From the NCBI GenBank assembly GCA_965601925.1, contig OZ271854.1, forward strand, positions 32,001 to 96,000: 64,000 nt of DNA, given 5' to 3'. Below are positions 18,305 to 28,360 of this stretch, piece after piece. The DNA comes from Alkalispirochaeta sp. (GTDB taxonomy: Bacteria > Spirochaetota > Spirochaetia > DSM-27196 > Alkalispirochaetaceae). Position numbers and translations under genes: made by a program. The notes beneath the pieces were generated by a model, which saw only the letters and a program-made list of their open reading frames with translations, did not search any database and was not told the DNA's origin. Every line of letters begins with the position of its first letter. The first letter of the stretch is position 1.

Positions 18305-19410
18305 CGCGGGTCGAACCCCTCGACGATGAGGTCCCCTTCGACCTTCGCCGGAGCGGAGCCCGAGGCTTTCCCGGCGACCTCTCCGATCTTCCACGCCGCG
18401 ACACCCTCCTCGGCGCAGATCGAACGGACGAGGTCGACCGTGCGGGCCTCCACGGCCAGTACCATACCGAGCCCCATGTTGAACGTGCCGTACAACTCAC
18501 GTTCATCGACCGGTGCGCCGCGCAGTATTTCATACGCCTCCGGTCGCGGGACGGCGCGCCGGTCGACCACGAGTGATAACTCGCCTCGACGAACGCCCAA
18601 CAGACGCGGAATGTTCTCGAACCATCCGCCGCCGGTGATATGGGCGATCCCGGCGATCGGCGAGGAGGCCGAAATCGCCGAGACAACCGATGCGTAGATT
18701 CGTGTGGGTCGCAGCACCAGATCGCGCACCGCCCGAAGTCCGTCTTCTGCGGCGCGACCGGCCGCGCCGTCCGCCTCGGCCCGGGCATCGGGATCGTCGA
18801 GTCCGGGAACGATGCGGCGGAGCAGAGAAAACCCGTTGGCGTGAAATCCGCTCGACGCAAGACCGACGAGGGCCATCCCGGCGCGCACGAAGCGTCCGTC
18901 GACGACGGCCTCCCGCTCCACCGCACCGAGGGCGAACCCGGCAAGGTCGAACCGCCCGGGTCGATACACGCCCGGCATCTCCGCGGTCTCGCCGCCGATG
19001 AGCGCGCACCCCGCCCGCCTGCACCCGACCGCCACACCGTTGACGACCTCCGCCGCTACCGACGGGTCCAGGCGATCCACCGCTATATAGTCGAGGAAAA
19101 AGAGGGGACGTGCACCGTGGCAGATCACGTCGTTGACGCACATCGCCACCAGATCGATACCGATCGTTTCGTAACGCCCCGCCGCGCGAGCGACTTCCAC
19201 TTTGGTACCCACTCCGTCGGCGCCGGACACCAGAACCGGATCACGGTACCCGTTCAAGTGGTATAGCCCGGCGAATCCACCGAGGGAACCGAGCACCTCG
19301 GGACCGTGGGTAGACTCAACCGAGTCGCCGATATCCTCGACCAGCCGACGCCCCGCCTCGACATCGACGCCCGAGGACCGATAGTCGACTGCGTCGTCCG
19401 GTCGAGTCAC
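18301..19410 (-). CDS. purM: Phosphoribosylformylglycinamidine cyclo-ligase (AIR synthetase)
   Basis: 'YRSSGVDV', 'DGVGTK', 'IGGETAEMPG', 'SSGFHANGFS', 'HITGGG', 'TFNMGLG'. Confidence 0.96.
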   Translation of the reverse strand: MTRPDDAVDYRSSGVDVEAGRRLVEDIGDSVESTHGPEVLGSLGGFAGLYHLNGYRDPVLVSGADGVGTKVEVARAAGRYETIGIDLVAMCVNDVICHGARPLFFLDYIAVDRLDPSVAAEVVNGVAVGCRRAGCALIGGETAEMPGVYRPGRFDLAGFALGAVEREAVVDGRFVRAGMALVGLASSGFHANGFSLLRRIVPGLDDPDARAEADGAAGRAAEDGLRAVRDLVLRPTRIYASVVSAISASSPIAGIAHITGGGWFENIPRLLGVRRGELSLVVDRRAVPRPEAYEILRGAPVDERELYGTFNMGLGMVLAVEARTVDLVRSICAEEGVAAWKIGEVAGKASGSAPAKVEGDLIVEGFDPR

Positions 19411-20990
19411 GATTTACGACTCCCCGAGGTGAGCCGATCCCAATCTACCACCGCCTCGTCGGCGCCTTTCTCCACGGGTACGGCCGTAGCGAGTGTCTCG
19501 TCGGTGCCGTTGCTCCTTGCCGTCGTCTCACCGCTCATAGAGCGCTCCAACTCGTCCTTCTCCTGCTCTACCGGCGCAGCCACCGGGTAGACTCCCGTGA
19601 GACATCCGGTGCAAAAGTGGCGTGACCCGCCCAGCGACGCGTGCAGTCCCTCCAACGAGAGATAGGCGAGACTATCGGCGCCGATGTCGCGGCACACCGC
19701 GTCGGTGCCCCGCGTGCCTGCGAGCTCGTCTCGAGTCGGATAGTCCATTCCGAAGTGACACGCGTGCCGTACCGGCGGGGAGGCTATGCGAATATGAACC
19801 TCGGCCGCTCCGGCACGGCGCAACATCGCCACCAAGCGTCTCATCGTCGTCCCTCGGACGATCGAATCGTCGATGAGCACGATGCGCTTTCCCTCAATAG
19901 TGTGTCTGAGGGCGTTGAGTTTTACACTCACGGCGCGCTCCCTGAGCTCTTGAGTCGGGGCGATAAACGACCGCCCTACGTACTTGTTTTTGATGAGCGT
20001 CATCTCGTAGGGGAGGCCCGCCGCCTCGGCAAAGCCGTGGGCCGCCACGACGCCGGAGTCGGGCACTCCCGAAACGATATCGGCGTCCGCCGGCGCCTCG
20101 CGGTAGAGAATACGTCCCGCCTCAAGTCGCGAGGCGTAGACGCTGACGCCGTCGACCTCGCTGTCGGGCCGTGAGAAATAGACGAACTCGAACGAGCAGA
20201 CGCGATTCTCGGTACGTTCGTGCAGTGTGACCGACTCGATTCCGTGCGCCGAGACGATCACGATCTCTCCCGGCTCCACGTCCCGGATGCGCGTCGCGCC
20301 GACGGCGTCCAAGGCGCACGTTTCGCTCGCGACGATCGTCGCATCGCCGAGCACCCCTATCACGAGCGGTCGAATTCCTTTGGGGTCGCGCACGGCGATC
20401 AAGCGATCCTCGGTAAGCAACACCAGAGAGAAGGCGCCCTGAATCGCCCGCATAGCGTCCTGGAGCGCGCGGCGCAATCCGTGACGAGCGCTCCGCGCCA
20501 CAAGGTTGAGGATCACCTCCGAGTCACTGGTCGTCTGGAACATCACGCCCGCGTCTTCCAACAGTTCCCTGATCACCGGCGCGTTGACGAGGTTTCCGTT
20601 ATGACCGATGGCGATTTCGCCGAGGCGCGACTGCGCCATAAGGGGTTGGGCGTTGGTTATGGTGCTGGACCCGGCGGTGGAGTACCGCACGTGGCCGATC
20701 GCCGAACGCCCCGACGTTGTGTCCAACAGATCGTCGGAAAAAACCTCCGAAACCAACCCCATACCGCGATGGTGTTCCAGATGCCCGTCGGTAGAGATCA
20801 CCATACCGGCGCTCTCCTGGCCGCGGTGTTGCTGCGCGTAGAGCCCGTAATAGACGAGCCGCGCTACCGAGCGGGTCAGCGGGTCGTCCCCATCGGGTAT
20901 AAAAATGCCGAAGACGCCGCACTCCTCGCTCAAACGGTCGGAGGGGTCGTGGGCGTCGAACCAACGGCTCTCTACCGGGCTACCCGTCAC
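19407..20990 (-). CDS. purF: Amidophosphoribosyltransferase (Fe-S, propeptide type)
   Basis: 'EECGVFG', 'QHRGQESAG', 'GHVRYST', 'HNGNLVN', 'IDDSIVRGTT', Fe-S cysteines; start is GTG 20990 (GGAG upstream) or ATG 21035. Confidence 0.95.
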   Translation of the reverse strand: MTGSPVESRWFDAHDPSDRLSEECGVFGIFIPDGDDPLTRSVARLVYYGLYAQQHRGQESAGMVISTDGHLEHHRGMGLVSEVFSDDLLDTTSGRSAIGHVRYSTAGSSTITNAQPLMAQSRLGEIAIGHNGNLVNAPVIRELLEDAGVMFQTTSDSEVILNLVARSARHGLRRALQDAMRAIQGAFSLVLLTEDRLIAVRDPKGIRPLVIGVLGDATIVASETCALDAVGATRIRDVEPGEIVIVSAHGIESVTLHERTENRVCSFEFVYFSRPDSEVDGVSVYASRLEAGRILYREAPADADIVSGVPDSGVVAAHGFAEAAGLPYEMTLIKNKYVGRSFIAPTQELRERAVSVKLNALRHTIEGKRIVLIDDSIVRGTTMRRLVAMLRRAGAAEVHIRIASPPVRHACHFGMDYPTRDELAGTRGTDAVCRDIGADSLAYLSLEGLHASLGGSRHFCTGCLTGVYPVAAPVEQEKDELERSMSGETTARSNGTDETLATAVPVEKGADEAVVDWDRLTSGSRKS

Positions 20991-21807
20991 GGCGTGAATC
21001 TCCGACAACCAAAGGCGACCCGTAGGAGCGCTCATCCGTACAATGAATCGAATCGAGACGCCGGAGGATCGCGCGATAGCCGTCGAGCAGCGGCCCCAAA
21101 TCGCGCCGAAAGCGATCTTTATCGAGCCGTTCGCCGGTATGCGTGTCCCACAGGCGGCACGTGTCGGGGCTGATCTCGTCGGCCAATATGAGTCTTCCGG
21201 GACCGAGCGCTCCGTCAACCGATGTCGACGCGGCCTCCAGGCGGCCGAACTCGAGTTTGAAGTCCACCAGCTCGATACCCACGGAATCGAAGAGACGTGC
21301 GAGAATCCTCCCCACCGTAAGAGCGGTGCGTTCCATCCAGGAGATCTCGGCCCACGTGGCGGCACCGATCGCCGCGGCGTGGTGCGGACCGATCAGGGGA
21401 TCGCCCAGGGAATCGTCTTTATAACACCACTCGACCACCGTGTGCGCGAGGGGTGTCCCCTCCTCGATACCGAGACGGCGAGCCATGCTTCCGGCGACGC
21501 GATTACGCACGACTACCTCCAGCGGCACGATCCGTACCCGGCGGCACAATTGTTCCCGCTCCGAGAGGCGGCGCACGAAGTGCGTCGCGATACCCCGGGA
21601 GGCGACTTCGGCAAGCAGGACCGCGCTGAGTCGATTGTTCAGCTCCCCTTTGCCGGAGAAGACCTCATGCTTCTCACCGTTGAACGCCGTAGCGTCGTCT
21701 TTGTATTCGAAGATTACCAGATCGGGGTCGGAGGCCGCAAAAACGCGCTTCGCCTTTCCCTCGTACAACTGAGCGCCCCGGTGCGGCGCGGACGTGTCGG
21801 TGTGCAC
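20980..21807 (-). CDS. purC: SAICAR synthase
   Basis: 'LYEGKAK', 'KDDATAFNG', 'PLEVVVRN', 'LVDFKLEFG', 'ADEISPDTCRLWD'; GTG at 21807 after AAGGAGGGAG. Confidence 0.96.
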   Translation of the reverse strand: MHTDTSAPHRGAQLYEGKAKRVFAASDPDLVIFEYKDDATAFNGEKHEVFSGKGELNNRLSAVLLAEVASRGIATHFVRRLSEREQLCRRVRIVPLEVVVRNRVAGSMARRLGIEEGTPLAHTVVEWCYKDDSLGDPLIGPHHAAAIGAATWAEISWMERTALTVGRILARLFDSVGIELVDFKLEFGRLEAASTSVDGALGPGRLILADEISPDTCRLWDTHTGERLDKDRFRRDLGPLLDGYRAILRRLDSIHCTDERSYGSPLVVGDSRRDG

Positions 21808-21906
21808 GGTCTCCCTCCTTACAGGTACCGTAGGATCGGGAGCCGAACGGTGGAAACACTCCACACCTACAACGGCGAAACGCGTGTGTGGGAGATGGAT
21901 GTTTCC
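21808..21906 (-). promoter_or_regulatory. Riboswitch expression platform (SD-sequestering hairpin)
   Basis: GGCUCCCGAUCCUAC...GUAAGGAGGGAGACC hairpin covers the purC SD; an upstream GGAAACA..UGUUUCC stem has no U-tract. Confidence 0.65.
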
Positions 21907-21973
21907 GCCCGTAGTCGGAACGTTACGGCGTTCCGGTAGAGACTCCCGAACCGATTATCGGGGTTATACGGAC
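21907..21973 (-). ncRNA. Purine (guanine-sensing) riboswitch aptamer
   Basis: GUCCGUAUAACCCCGAUAAUCGGUUCGGGAGUCUCUACCGGAACGCCGUAACGUUCCGACUACGGGC: P1 GUCCGUA/UACGGGC, P2 CCCGA/UCGGG, P3 CGGAACG/CGUUCCG, loop GG/CC kissing pair, discriminator C; upstream of purC. Confidence 0.93.
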
Positions 21974-22113
21974 TCGGTGAGTCGCCGCAGTGGCCACGGA
22001 CTACGACACACCGTATTCAAAGAACGATATCTTCGCCGTCAGTCTACACGGGCGACTTTCCCGTGTCCATCGGAGCGCGCGATACGATCCGCAAACGCCC
22101 TCATCGTCGGCGG

Positions 22114-25100
22114 CTACCGAAAAAACGCCACGCCGCTCTCGAAGAGTTTCAACGAACCCACCGACGGAAGATTGCGATAGAGCCCCTCGCATTGCCGTTC
22201 GGTATGGCCCATCTTGCCGAGAAAGCGCCCGTCCGGGGAGAGGAGCGCCTCGATTCCACCGACCGAACCGTTGGGATTCCAGGGCCGGTCCTCGCGCACA
22301 CGAGCCTGCCGATCGACGTAACGCGCGGCGACCTGCCCCGCCGACTCCAACACCCGTACGATTTCGGGATCGCACACGAAGCGCCCTTCGCCGTGGGAAA
22401 TCGGCACCGAGACGATATCGCCGGCGTTCGACGAGGCGAGCCACGGCCCGTGCGTCGAGGTGATCTGCGTCAGCACACTTCGCGAGACGTGGTGGGCGAC
22501 GAGGTTCGGCGCGAGGGCCGGCCACCCCGCCCCTCGCTCTACGAATGAGCCGAAGGGTACCAATCCGGTGCGAACCATCGCTTGGAAGCCGTTGCATATC
22601 CCCACCATCAGTTTGTCGTCGCGAGCAAGATAGTCGCGCTCGATGACCTCACGTACCATCGGTGAGCGCAGCAGTGCGGCGATGTACTTTCCGCTACCGG
22701 CCGGTTCGTCCCCCGCCGAGAATCCGCCGGGGAGCATCACGATCTGAACGGCGGCAAGGCGCTCGGCGAGGGCGCGCAAGCTGTCGTTCAGGGCGTCCCG
22801 CGTTGCAGTCCGCACCACAAACTGCTCGCACACCGCCCCGGCGCGCTCGAAGGCCGCCGCGCCGTCGTCTTCGCAGTTGGTCCCGGAGAAGACGGGTATC
22901 AGTACCGTCGGACGACCGAAGGAAGCGGCGCTCCGGCGTCCCGTACGACGGCGGCGACGAAGCGTCGTGAGGGCGCGCTCGATGTCACCGGCGCCGGTAT
23001 CTCCTCGGTGCGCACCCGATTGCGGGCTTCGCAACACGCCCTCCTCGGACGGGAACACCTCATCGAGGGGCGCGGCCCACACTCGGTACAGAGAGTCGGT
23101 CGAGCGTGTTTCGCCGTTCCATCGAAATATCCCGTCGGTCGTCGCGACGCCGAGAAGGTGGCGACCGTCGGCGGCATCGGCGTATGCACCGGGATCGGCT
23201 TCGGCGACGTGAACGATGAAGCTGCCGTACAACGCAGTCCCTACGTCCGGGAGAGTCCCATAGTCCAGGGCGTCGTCGGGGTCGAATCCGAGATTCTCGC
23301 CGAAGCACATTTGGGCTACGGTCGCCAAGAGGCCCGCGCCGCGGACCGGCGCCGCGGCGAGGAGCTCGCCACGGCGATTCGTGGCCTCCAGCCACGTGCA
23401 ATGTCGATCGAAGGCGGTCACCGAGGGTACGCCGTCGTCTCCGACCGGCGTGTGGAGGAGATAGACCGCCCCGTCGGAAGAGACGAGGTGCGACGATACG
23501 ACGCGATCGGGAGGGCACGTGCCGACGGCGACCGAAATGAGTGTCGGCGGCACGTCGAGGTGTTCGTAGGTGCCGGACATACTGTCTTTTCCACCGATCG
23601 CAGTCACGCCGAGGTCGCGTTGCGCCGCCACCGCTCCGAGCAGGGCCGCGAGCGGCGAGCCCCATCGGTCCGGCTCGCCTCCCGGACGCGGGAAATACTC
23701 TTGGAGCGACAGCCATTGGGAGGTGCGCGGCACACCGGCGGCGGCGAGGCGCGCAACACTCTCGAGGACCGCCGTGTACGCTCCGTGCCACGGTGAGACT
23801 GAGGCGATGTCGGGATCGTATCCGTAGGAGGTCACCACGGCGGCCGCCCCGGGGTCGAGGCCGGCCGCACGGGGCAGCAAAGCCGCCATCGCGGTCGTCG
23901 GCGAGCGTTGTAGGCGGCCGGCGCCGTGGGCGAGGAGCGTCCCCGCCCCGATACTCGAATCGAACCATTCGCCGAGGGATAGCCGTGAGGCGAACCGTAG
24001 GTCGCCGAGCGTCTCCTCCAGCCGTTCCAATGCGGAACTCTGTTTCTCATTACCACGCAGCGACGGGCGGTGATCGTCGGCGATACGAATGTGTGCACGG
24101 GTCTGCGAACGCACCCCGGCGCTATCGAGAAACACCCGTTCCAGATCCACGACGACGCGCCCGCGAAACCGCATGACGAGTCGGTCTTCCGAGGTGACGC
24201 GCGCAATCGCGACCGCCTCCACGTTTTCCGCCCGCGCAAGTGCCGTGACGCGTTCACGGTCGCTCGGATCGACGACGACGGCCATACGTTCTTGACTCTC
24301 GGAGATGGCGATCTCGGTCGCGGTAAGGCCGTCGTACTTGAGGAGCACCGCGTCCAGATCGATCTCGACGCCCCGGGCTATCTCGCCGACCGCGACGGCC
24401 ACGCCGCCGGCGCCGAAATCGTTGCACCGCTTCACGAGAAGCGAGAACTCGCGTGTACGAAAGAGCCGTTGCAGGGCGCGCTCGGCGGGCGGGTTGCCTT
24501 TTTGTACCTCCGCGCCGGCAAGGTCGATGGATCGGCGCGTGTGGCTCTTGCTCGATCCGGTGGCGCCGCCGATTCCGTCCCGACCGGTGCGTCCACCGAC
24601 AAGGAGTACTACATCGCCCTCCGCCGGCTCCTCGCGCCGCACGTGAGCCTCCGGTACGGCCCCGACGACGGCTCCCATCTCCAGACGCTTGGCCTGATAA
24701 CCCGGATGGTATATCTCATCGACGAGGCCGGTCGCGACGCCGATCTGGTTGCCGTAGCTCGAATAGCCGCGCGCCGCGCCGCGGGTGATGCTGCGCTGCG
24801 AGAGCTTGCCGGGCAACGTCGGGGAGCCGATTGTCGAGCGTATCGCGCCGTCGCGCGCGTCGAGTCGACCGACACTCGTGAGGGGGCGGCGGCGCGGGTC
24901 GGCGGCGCCCGATATACGCATCGCCTGAAACACGTAAGCGCGCCCCGACAGCGGATCGCGAATGGCGCCGCCCAGGCAGGTGGCGGCGCCGCCGTACGGT
25001 TCGATCTCGGTGGGGTGGTTGTGCGTCTCGTTCTTGAACAGGAGTAACCACGGCGCGTCACCGTTCGGATGCGATCCGTCGCCTCCTATCCGCACCGTGC

Positions 25101-26103
25101 AGGCGTTGATCTCGTCGGAAAAAACGACCTCCGGTATGGCGCCGTCGTCGCGCCGCCACCTCATCATCGCCGTGGCGACGTCCATGAGTGTTATTGGACG
25201 GTGGCGCTCGCCGCGGCGTTCGCGCTCTTCGGTGAACCACTCCCACGTCCGCCGCACCGGCGCAACGAGCGGAGACGAATCGTCGTCAATCGTCACCGTC
25301 GCGAACTCGGTTCGAAATGTCGTGTGGCGACAGTGGTCGGACCAGTACGTATCGAGGACCGCGAGTTCGGTCTCGGTCGGCGCCCTTCCGCGGCGGCGAA
25401 AGTAGTCGGCGACAAAGGTACGATCGGCCTCCCCCATCGCGAGTCCGCTCGGATCACCGGTCAAAAACTCAGGAAGGAACGACGGAAGGCCCCGATCCGC
25501 AGGCTCCGCGTCCTGCCCGACGGTCACTCGCAAACGATCATCCGCGCCGGCCGAGGCCGTATCCGCCACTTGGGAGTCGACGGGATTTACCAAACGTTCA
25601 ACGAACTCGCGTCGGCGTATCTCAATCGCCTCATCGTCGCCGTATCGAAGGGCGAACACGGTCACCTCGCACACCCTCACCGTCGCCCCGTCGATATCCA
25701 AAATTCGCAACGCCTGTTCGGCGGCGTCGGCGCGCTGATCGAACTGTCCTTTGTGATACTCGACGGGAATCCACACGACCGTTCGTCGCCGGTTACGCGA
25801 AGCGTCGGTGATATCGCCTTTGATCGGGTCGGCGGTTTCACGGCCTCCCTCGGCAAATACCTCATCGGGTTGGACGAGGACCACCTCTTGTGCCGGATCG
25901 GCAAAGACCGTGCTCATGGCCTCATGGATGCGCCCGTCGGGAACACCCGAGACGTCGTAACGCCTGAGCACGCGCGCCTCCTCGTCGCCGTGAAGAAGCC
26001 CTTCGTCGCGAAACTCAGCGGTGATACGCGAAGAGAGGACATCGAAGTCGGGCCGCGGCGCAACGTAGACTCGCCGTACGCGAGCCGTAGCGCGTTTGCT
26101 CAC
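22114..26103 (-). CDS. purL: Phosphoribosylformylglycinamidine synthase, single-chain type with C-terminal glutaminase domain
   Basis: 'DTYWSDHCRH', 'KNETHNHPTEIEP', 'DFGAGG', 'SESQERM', 'GGKDSMSG', glutaminase 'GICNGFQ..HGEG..NPNGS..GHTER'; GTGA overlap with purB. Confidence 0.95.
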   Translation of the reverse strand: MSKRATARVRRVYVAPRPDFDVLSSRITAEFRDEGLLHGDEEARVLRRYDVSGVPDGRIHEAMSTVFADPAQEVVLVQPDEVFAEGGRETADPIKGDITDASRNRRRTVVWIPVEYHKGQFDQRADAAEQALRILDIDGATVRVCEVTVFALRYGDDEAIEIRRREFVERLVNPVDSQVADTASAGADDRLRVTVGQDAEPADRGLPSFLPEFLTGDPSGLAMGEADRTFVADYFRRRGRAPTETELAVLDTYWSDHCRHTTFRTEFATVTIDDDSSPLVAPVRRTWEWFTEERERRGERHRPITLMDVATAMMRWRRDDGAIPEVVFSDEINACTVRIGGDGSHPNGDAPWLLLFKNETHNHPTEIEPYGGAATCLGGAIRDPLSGRAYVFQAMRISGAADPRRRPLTSVGRLDARDGAIRSTIGSPTLPGKLSQRSITRGAARGYSSYGNQIGVATGLVDEIYHPGYQAKRLEMGAVVGAVPEAHVRREEPAEGDVVLLVGGRTGRDGIGGATGSSKSHTRRSIDLAGAEVQKGNPPAERALQRLFRTREFSLLVKRCNDFGAGGVAVAVGEIARGVEIDLDAVLLKYDGLTATEIAISESQERMAVVVDPSDRERVTALARAENVEAVAIARVTSEDRLVMRFRGRVVVDLERVFLDSAGVRSQTRAHIRIADDHRPSLRGNEKQSSALERLEETLGDLRFASRLSLGEWFDSSIGAGTLLAHGAGRLQRSPTTAMAALLPRAAGLDPGAAAVVTSYGYDPDIASVSPWHGAYTAVLESVARLAAAGVPRTSQWLSLQEYFPRPGGEPDRWGSPLAALLGAVAAQRDLGVTAIGGKDSMSGTYEHLDVPPTLISVAVGTCPPDRVVSSHLVSSDGAVYLLHTPVGDDGVPSVTAFDRHCTWLEATNRRGELLAAAPVRGAGLLATVAQMCFGENLGFDPDDALDYGTLPDVGTALYGSFIVHVAEADPGAYADAADGRHLLGVATTDGIFRWNGETRSTDSLYRVWAAPLDEVFPSEEGVLRSPQSGAHRGDTGAGDIERALTTLRRRRRTGRRSAASFGRPTVLIPVFSGTNCEDDGAAAFERAGAVCEQFVVRTATRDALNDSLRALAERLAAVQIVMLPGGFSAGDEPAGSGKYIAALLRSPMVREVIERDYLARDDKLMVGICNGFQAMVRTGLVPFGSFVERGAGWPALAPNLVAHHVSRSVLTQITSTHGPWLASSNAGDIVSVPISHGEGRFVCDPEIVRVLESAGQVAARYVDRQARVREDRPWNPNGSVGGIEALLSPDGRFLGKMGHTERQCEGLYRNLPSVGSLKLFESGVAFFR

Positions 26104-27539
26104 GACAGCTGTCCCCGCAACGCCGCGAGCGCAGCCTTGTGACGTGTGCAGATATCGCGCGCTCGTTCCGCCGCGCGACCGGTGTAGCGCGTCGGATCGG
26201 CAAAGAAGCGCTCCGGATCGTCGCCGGTTAGACGTCCGTACGTATCGGCTACGGTAGTCCACAGCTCCGTATCCTCACGAGCGGCATCCAAGACGGTTCG
26301 GCCCTCCTCGTCGGCACGAAGCGTCAATCGACGTACCCGTTCGTGGGCGTCCTGCACGCCGGCGGCGGCCAAAAGAATGTAGAGCGGCTCAGCAACGACA
26401 CGCTCGGCGCCCGCGGCCACATTGCGCATCACTCCCTCGCGATCGATGGATAGGCGCGCGAGAATGCGTCGCATCCGCTCCGCGGCGGCGACGAATCCGG
26501 CGACGAACTCCACGATAAAGCGACTCGAGGCGGAGTTGGAGAGGTCGCGCTGGTGCTCGGAGATCTGATCCATGAACCACGTGACGCTCCGTGGCGCAAA
26601 CGCCTTCCACAAACTCTTGACGTGCTCGGCGTTCCACGGATTGCGCTTGTGCGGCATGGTGGAGCTCCCGACCTGCCCCTCGGCAAAATACTCGGCGACC
26701 TCGCCGATCTCCGAACGTTGGAGATGGCGCAAATCGTCGGCGAGGTTTGCAATGATACCGAACGCGGTATTGAGCTCCAACAGAAGGCGCAGGAGGGGTT
26801 CGGGGCTCACGATCTGGGTCGCGTGCTCGCCCGGCTCCACGCCCAGGTCGGAGAGAACCTCGCGCTCGAGAGAGACCGGATCGGGATGGAGCACGGACGT
26901 AGCGTTGTAGGCGCCGACCGCTCCGGCGAGCTTGCCCCGAAGATCACGACTGCGCGCATCGATCTCAGCAATGGATTGTCCGAGACGCGAGACGTACTCT
27001 GAGAGTGCGAATCCGACGGTAATCGGCACCGCGTACTGGCCGTGTGTGCGTCCGATCGAGACCGTCTCGGCGTGCGTCTCGGCGAGGCCGATCAACAGCT
27101 CCTCTACATCGGCCAGCAGCGGAAGCACGACGGTTCGAATCGCCTCCCGATAGCGAACGGCCGCTGCAGTGTCGAGTATATCGACGGATGTCGCGCCGAG
27201 GTGCACCAGGTGGCGTATCTCCGGCGGTAGGTGGCGCTGGATGACGTTGACGATCGCGCGGATGTTGTGTCTCGTCGTCTCTTCCTCGCGGTAGACTTCA
27301 TCCGCCTCTATGCGCCCTTCCAAGGCGTCGACGGCGGCCAGATACTCGTCCCGGCGCGGGTCGTCTTTCAAGAGATGGAGAATTAACCGTCTGAGAAGCG
27401 CCGCCTCGACGCGGACGCACTGTCCCACGGCAGCCTCCTCGCTCAAGAGGTCGGCGAGACGATCGAAGAGCGCCTCGTTGGCGAGACGATAGCGGTGGTC
27501 CAGGGGCGACAAGTTACGAAAGATGGTATGGGCCTGCAT
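26100..27539 (-). CDS. purB: Adenylosuccinate lyase
   Basis: 'SPLDHRY', 'HLGATSVDI', 'GRTHGQ', 'GSSTMPHKRNP', 'HQRDLSNS'. Confidence 0.95.
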   Translation of the reverse strand: MQAHTIFRNLSPLDHRYRLANEALFDRLADLLSEEAAVGQCVRVEAALLRRLILHLLKDDPRRDEYLAAVDALEGRIEADEVYREEETTRHNIRAIVNVIQRHLPPEIRHLVHLGATSVDILDTAAAVRYREAIRTVVLPLLADVEELLIGLAETHAETVSIGRTHGQYAVPITVGFALSEYVSRLGQSIAEIDARSRDLRGKLAGAVGAYNATSVLHPDPVSLEREVLSDLGVEPGEHATQIVSPEPLLRLLLELNTAFGIIANLADDLRHLQRSEIGEVAEYFAEGQVGSSTMPHKRNPWNAEHVKSLWKAFAPRSVTWFMDQISEHQRDLSNSASSRFIVEFVAGFVAAAERMRRILARLSIDREGVMRNVAAGAERVVAEPLYILLAAAGVQDAHERVRRLTLRADEEGRTVLDAAREDTELWTTVADTYGRLTGDDPERFFADPTRYTGRAAERARDICTRHKAALAALRGQLS

Positions 27540-27650
27540 GACGCATCATGGTGAGGCATCGCACACTTTGTAAAGACCGCGACCGCCGCGCTCACGGTTA
27601 AACATCTCGTTAAAATATCGCGAAGGTGTTGCCGATGGGCGACGGAGGTG

Positions 27651-27680
27651 TTATACATACAAACAAGGTTGTATGTATAA
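27651..27680. promoter_or_regulatory. TetR/AcrR-type operator
   Basis: Perfect inverted repeat TTATACATACAA-acaagg-TTGTATGTATAA ending on the A of the tetR ATG; arms resemble the AcrR TACATACA/TGTATGTA box. Confidence 0.8.
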
Positions 27681-28360
27681 TGAGACGGACCAAAGAGGAT
27701 GCGGAACAGACGCGGGAAGAGATCTTCCGATCGGGAATCAAAGTATTTGCTCGGAAGGGATACGCCGCGGCGACGATGAACGATATCGCGCGGGAGGCCG
27801 GTGTTACCCGAGGTGCGATTTATTGGCATTTCAAGAACAAAGAAGACTTTTATGTGGAGATAACGAGTCGCCTCAACAACTACTACAACGAGATGATGAA
27901 AGAGGGACTCACATGGATCGAGGACGGGGCGCTGCAGGAATACGAAGGGCAGGTCGTCGATGAGATCGTGCGTGTATGCACCGGCGTGCTGCGGCGGTTT
28001 TTGGATGACGACGATTTTCGCGAGATGAACGAAATCTCGCTGCAGGTGTCGATCGAGGGCCAGACGGGCCCGAAATGTAAGACGTTGATCGACGACAAGG
28101 TCGATGCGGAGGCGGTGCAGTTCTTCGCCGAGCTGATACGTCGTCGCACCGTATACGACAAATGGGCGCCCGAGTCGGCCGACTTGGCGGTCGCGGCATT
28201 CATGAACGGCCTGCTCGTGCTGGTTTTACACGACAAGTCGCTCTTTACCGCAGAGAGAATCGAAGAAGTGATGGGATTTTTCCATCGCGGCCTTATGCCG
28301 CGGCCGGAACACGATGTAGTAGCTCATGGGAGCACAGCAGAAAAAGGAGCAACGAAATGA
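27680..28360 (+). CDS. TetR/AcrR-family transcriptional regulator
   Basis: 'MRRTKEDAEQTRE..FARKGY..IAREAGVTRGAIYWHFKNK'. Confidence 0.93.
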   Translation: MRRTKEDAEQTREEIFRSGIKVFARKGYAAATMNDIAREAGVTRGAIYWHFKNKEDFYVEITSRLNNYYNEMMKEGLTWIEDGALQEYEGQVVDEIVRVCTGVLRRFLDDDDFREMNEISLQVSIEGQTGPKCKTLIDDKVDAEAVQFFAELIRRRTVYDKWAPESADLAVAAFMNGLLVLVLHDKSLFTAERIEEVMGFFHRGLMPRPEHDVVAHGSTAEKGATK

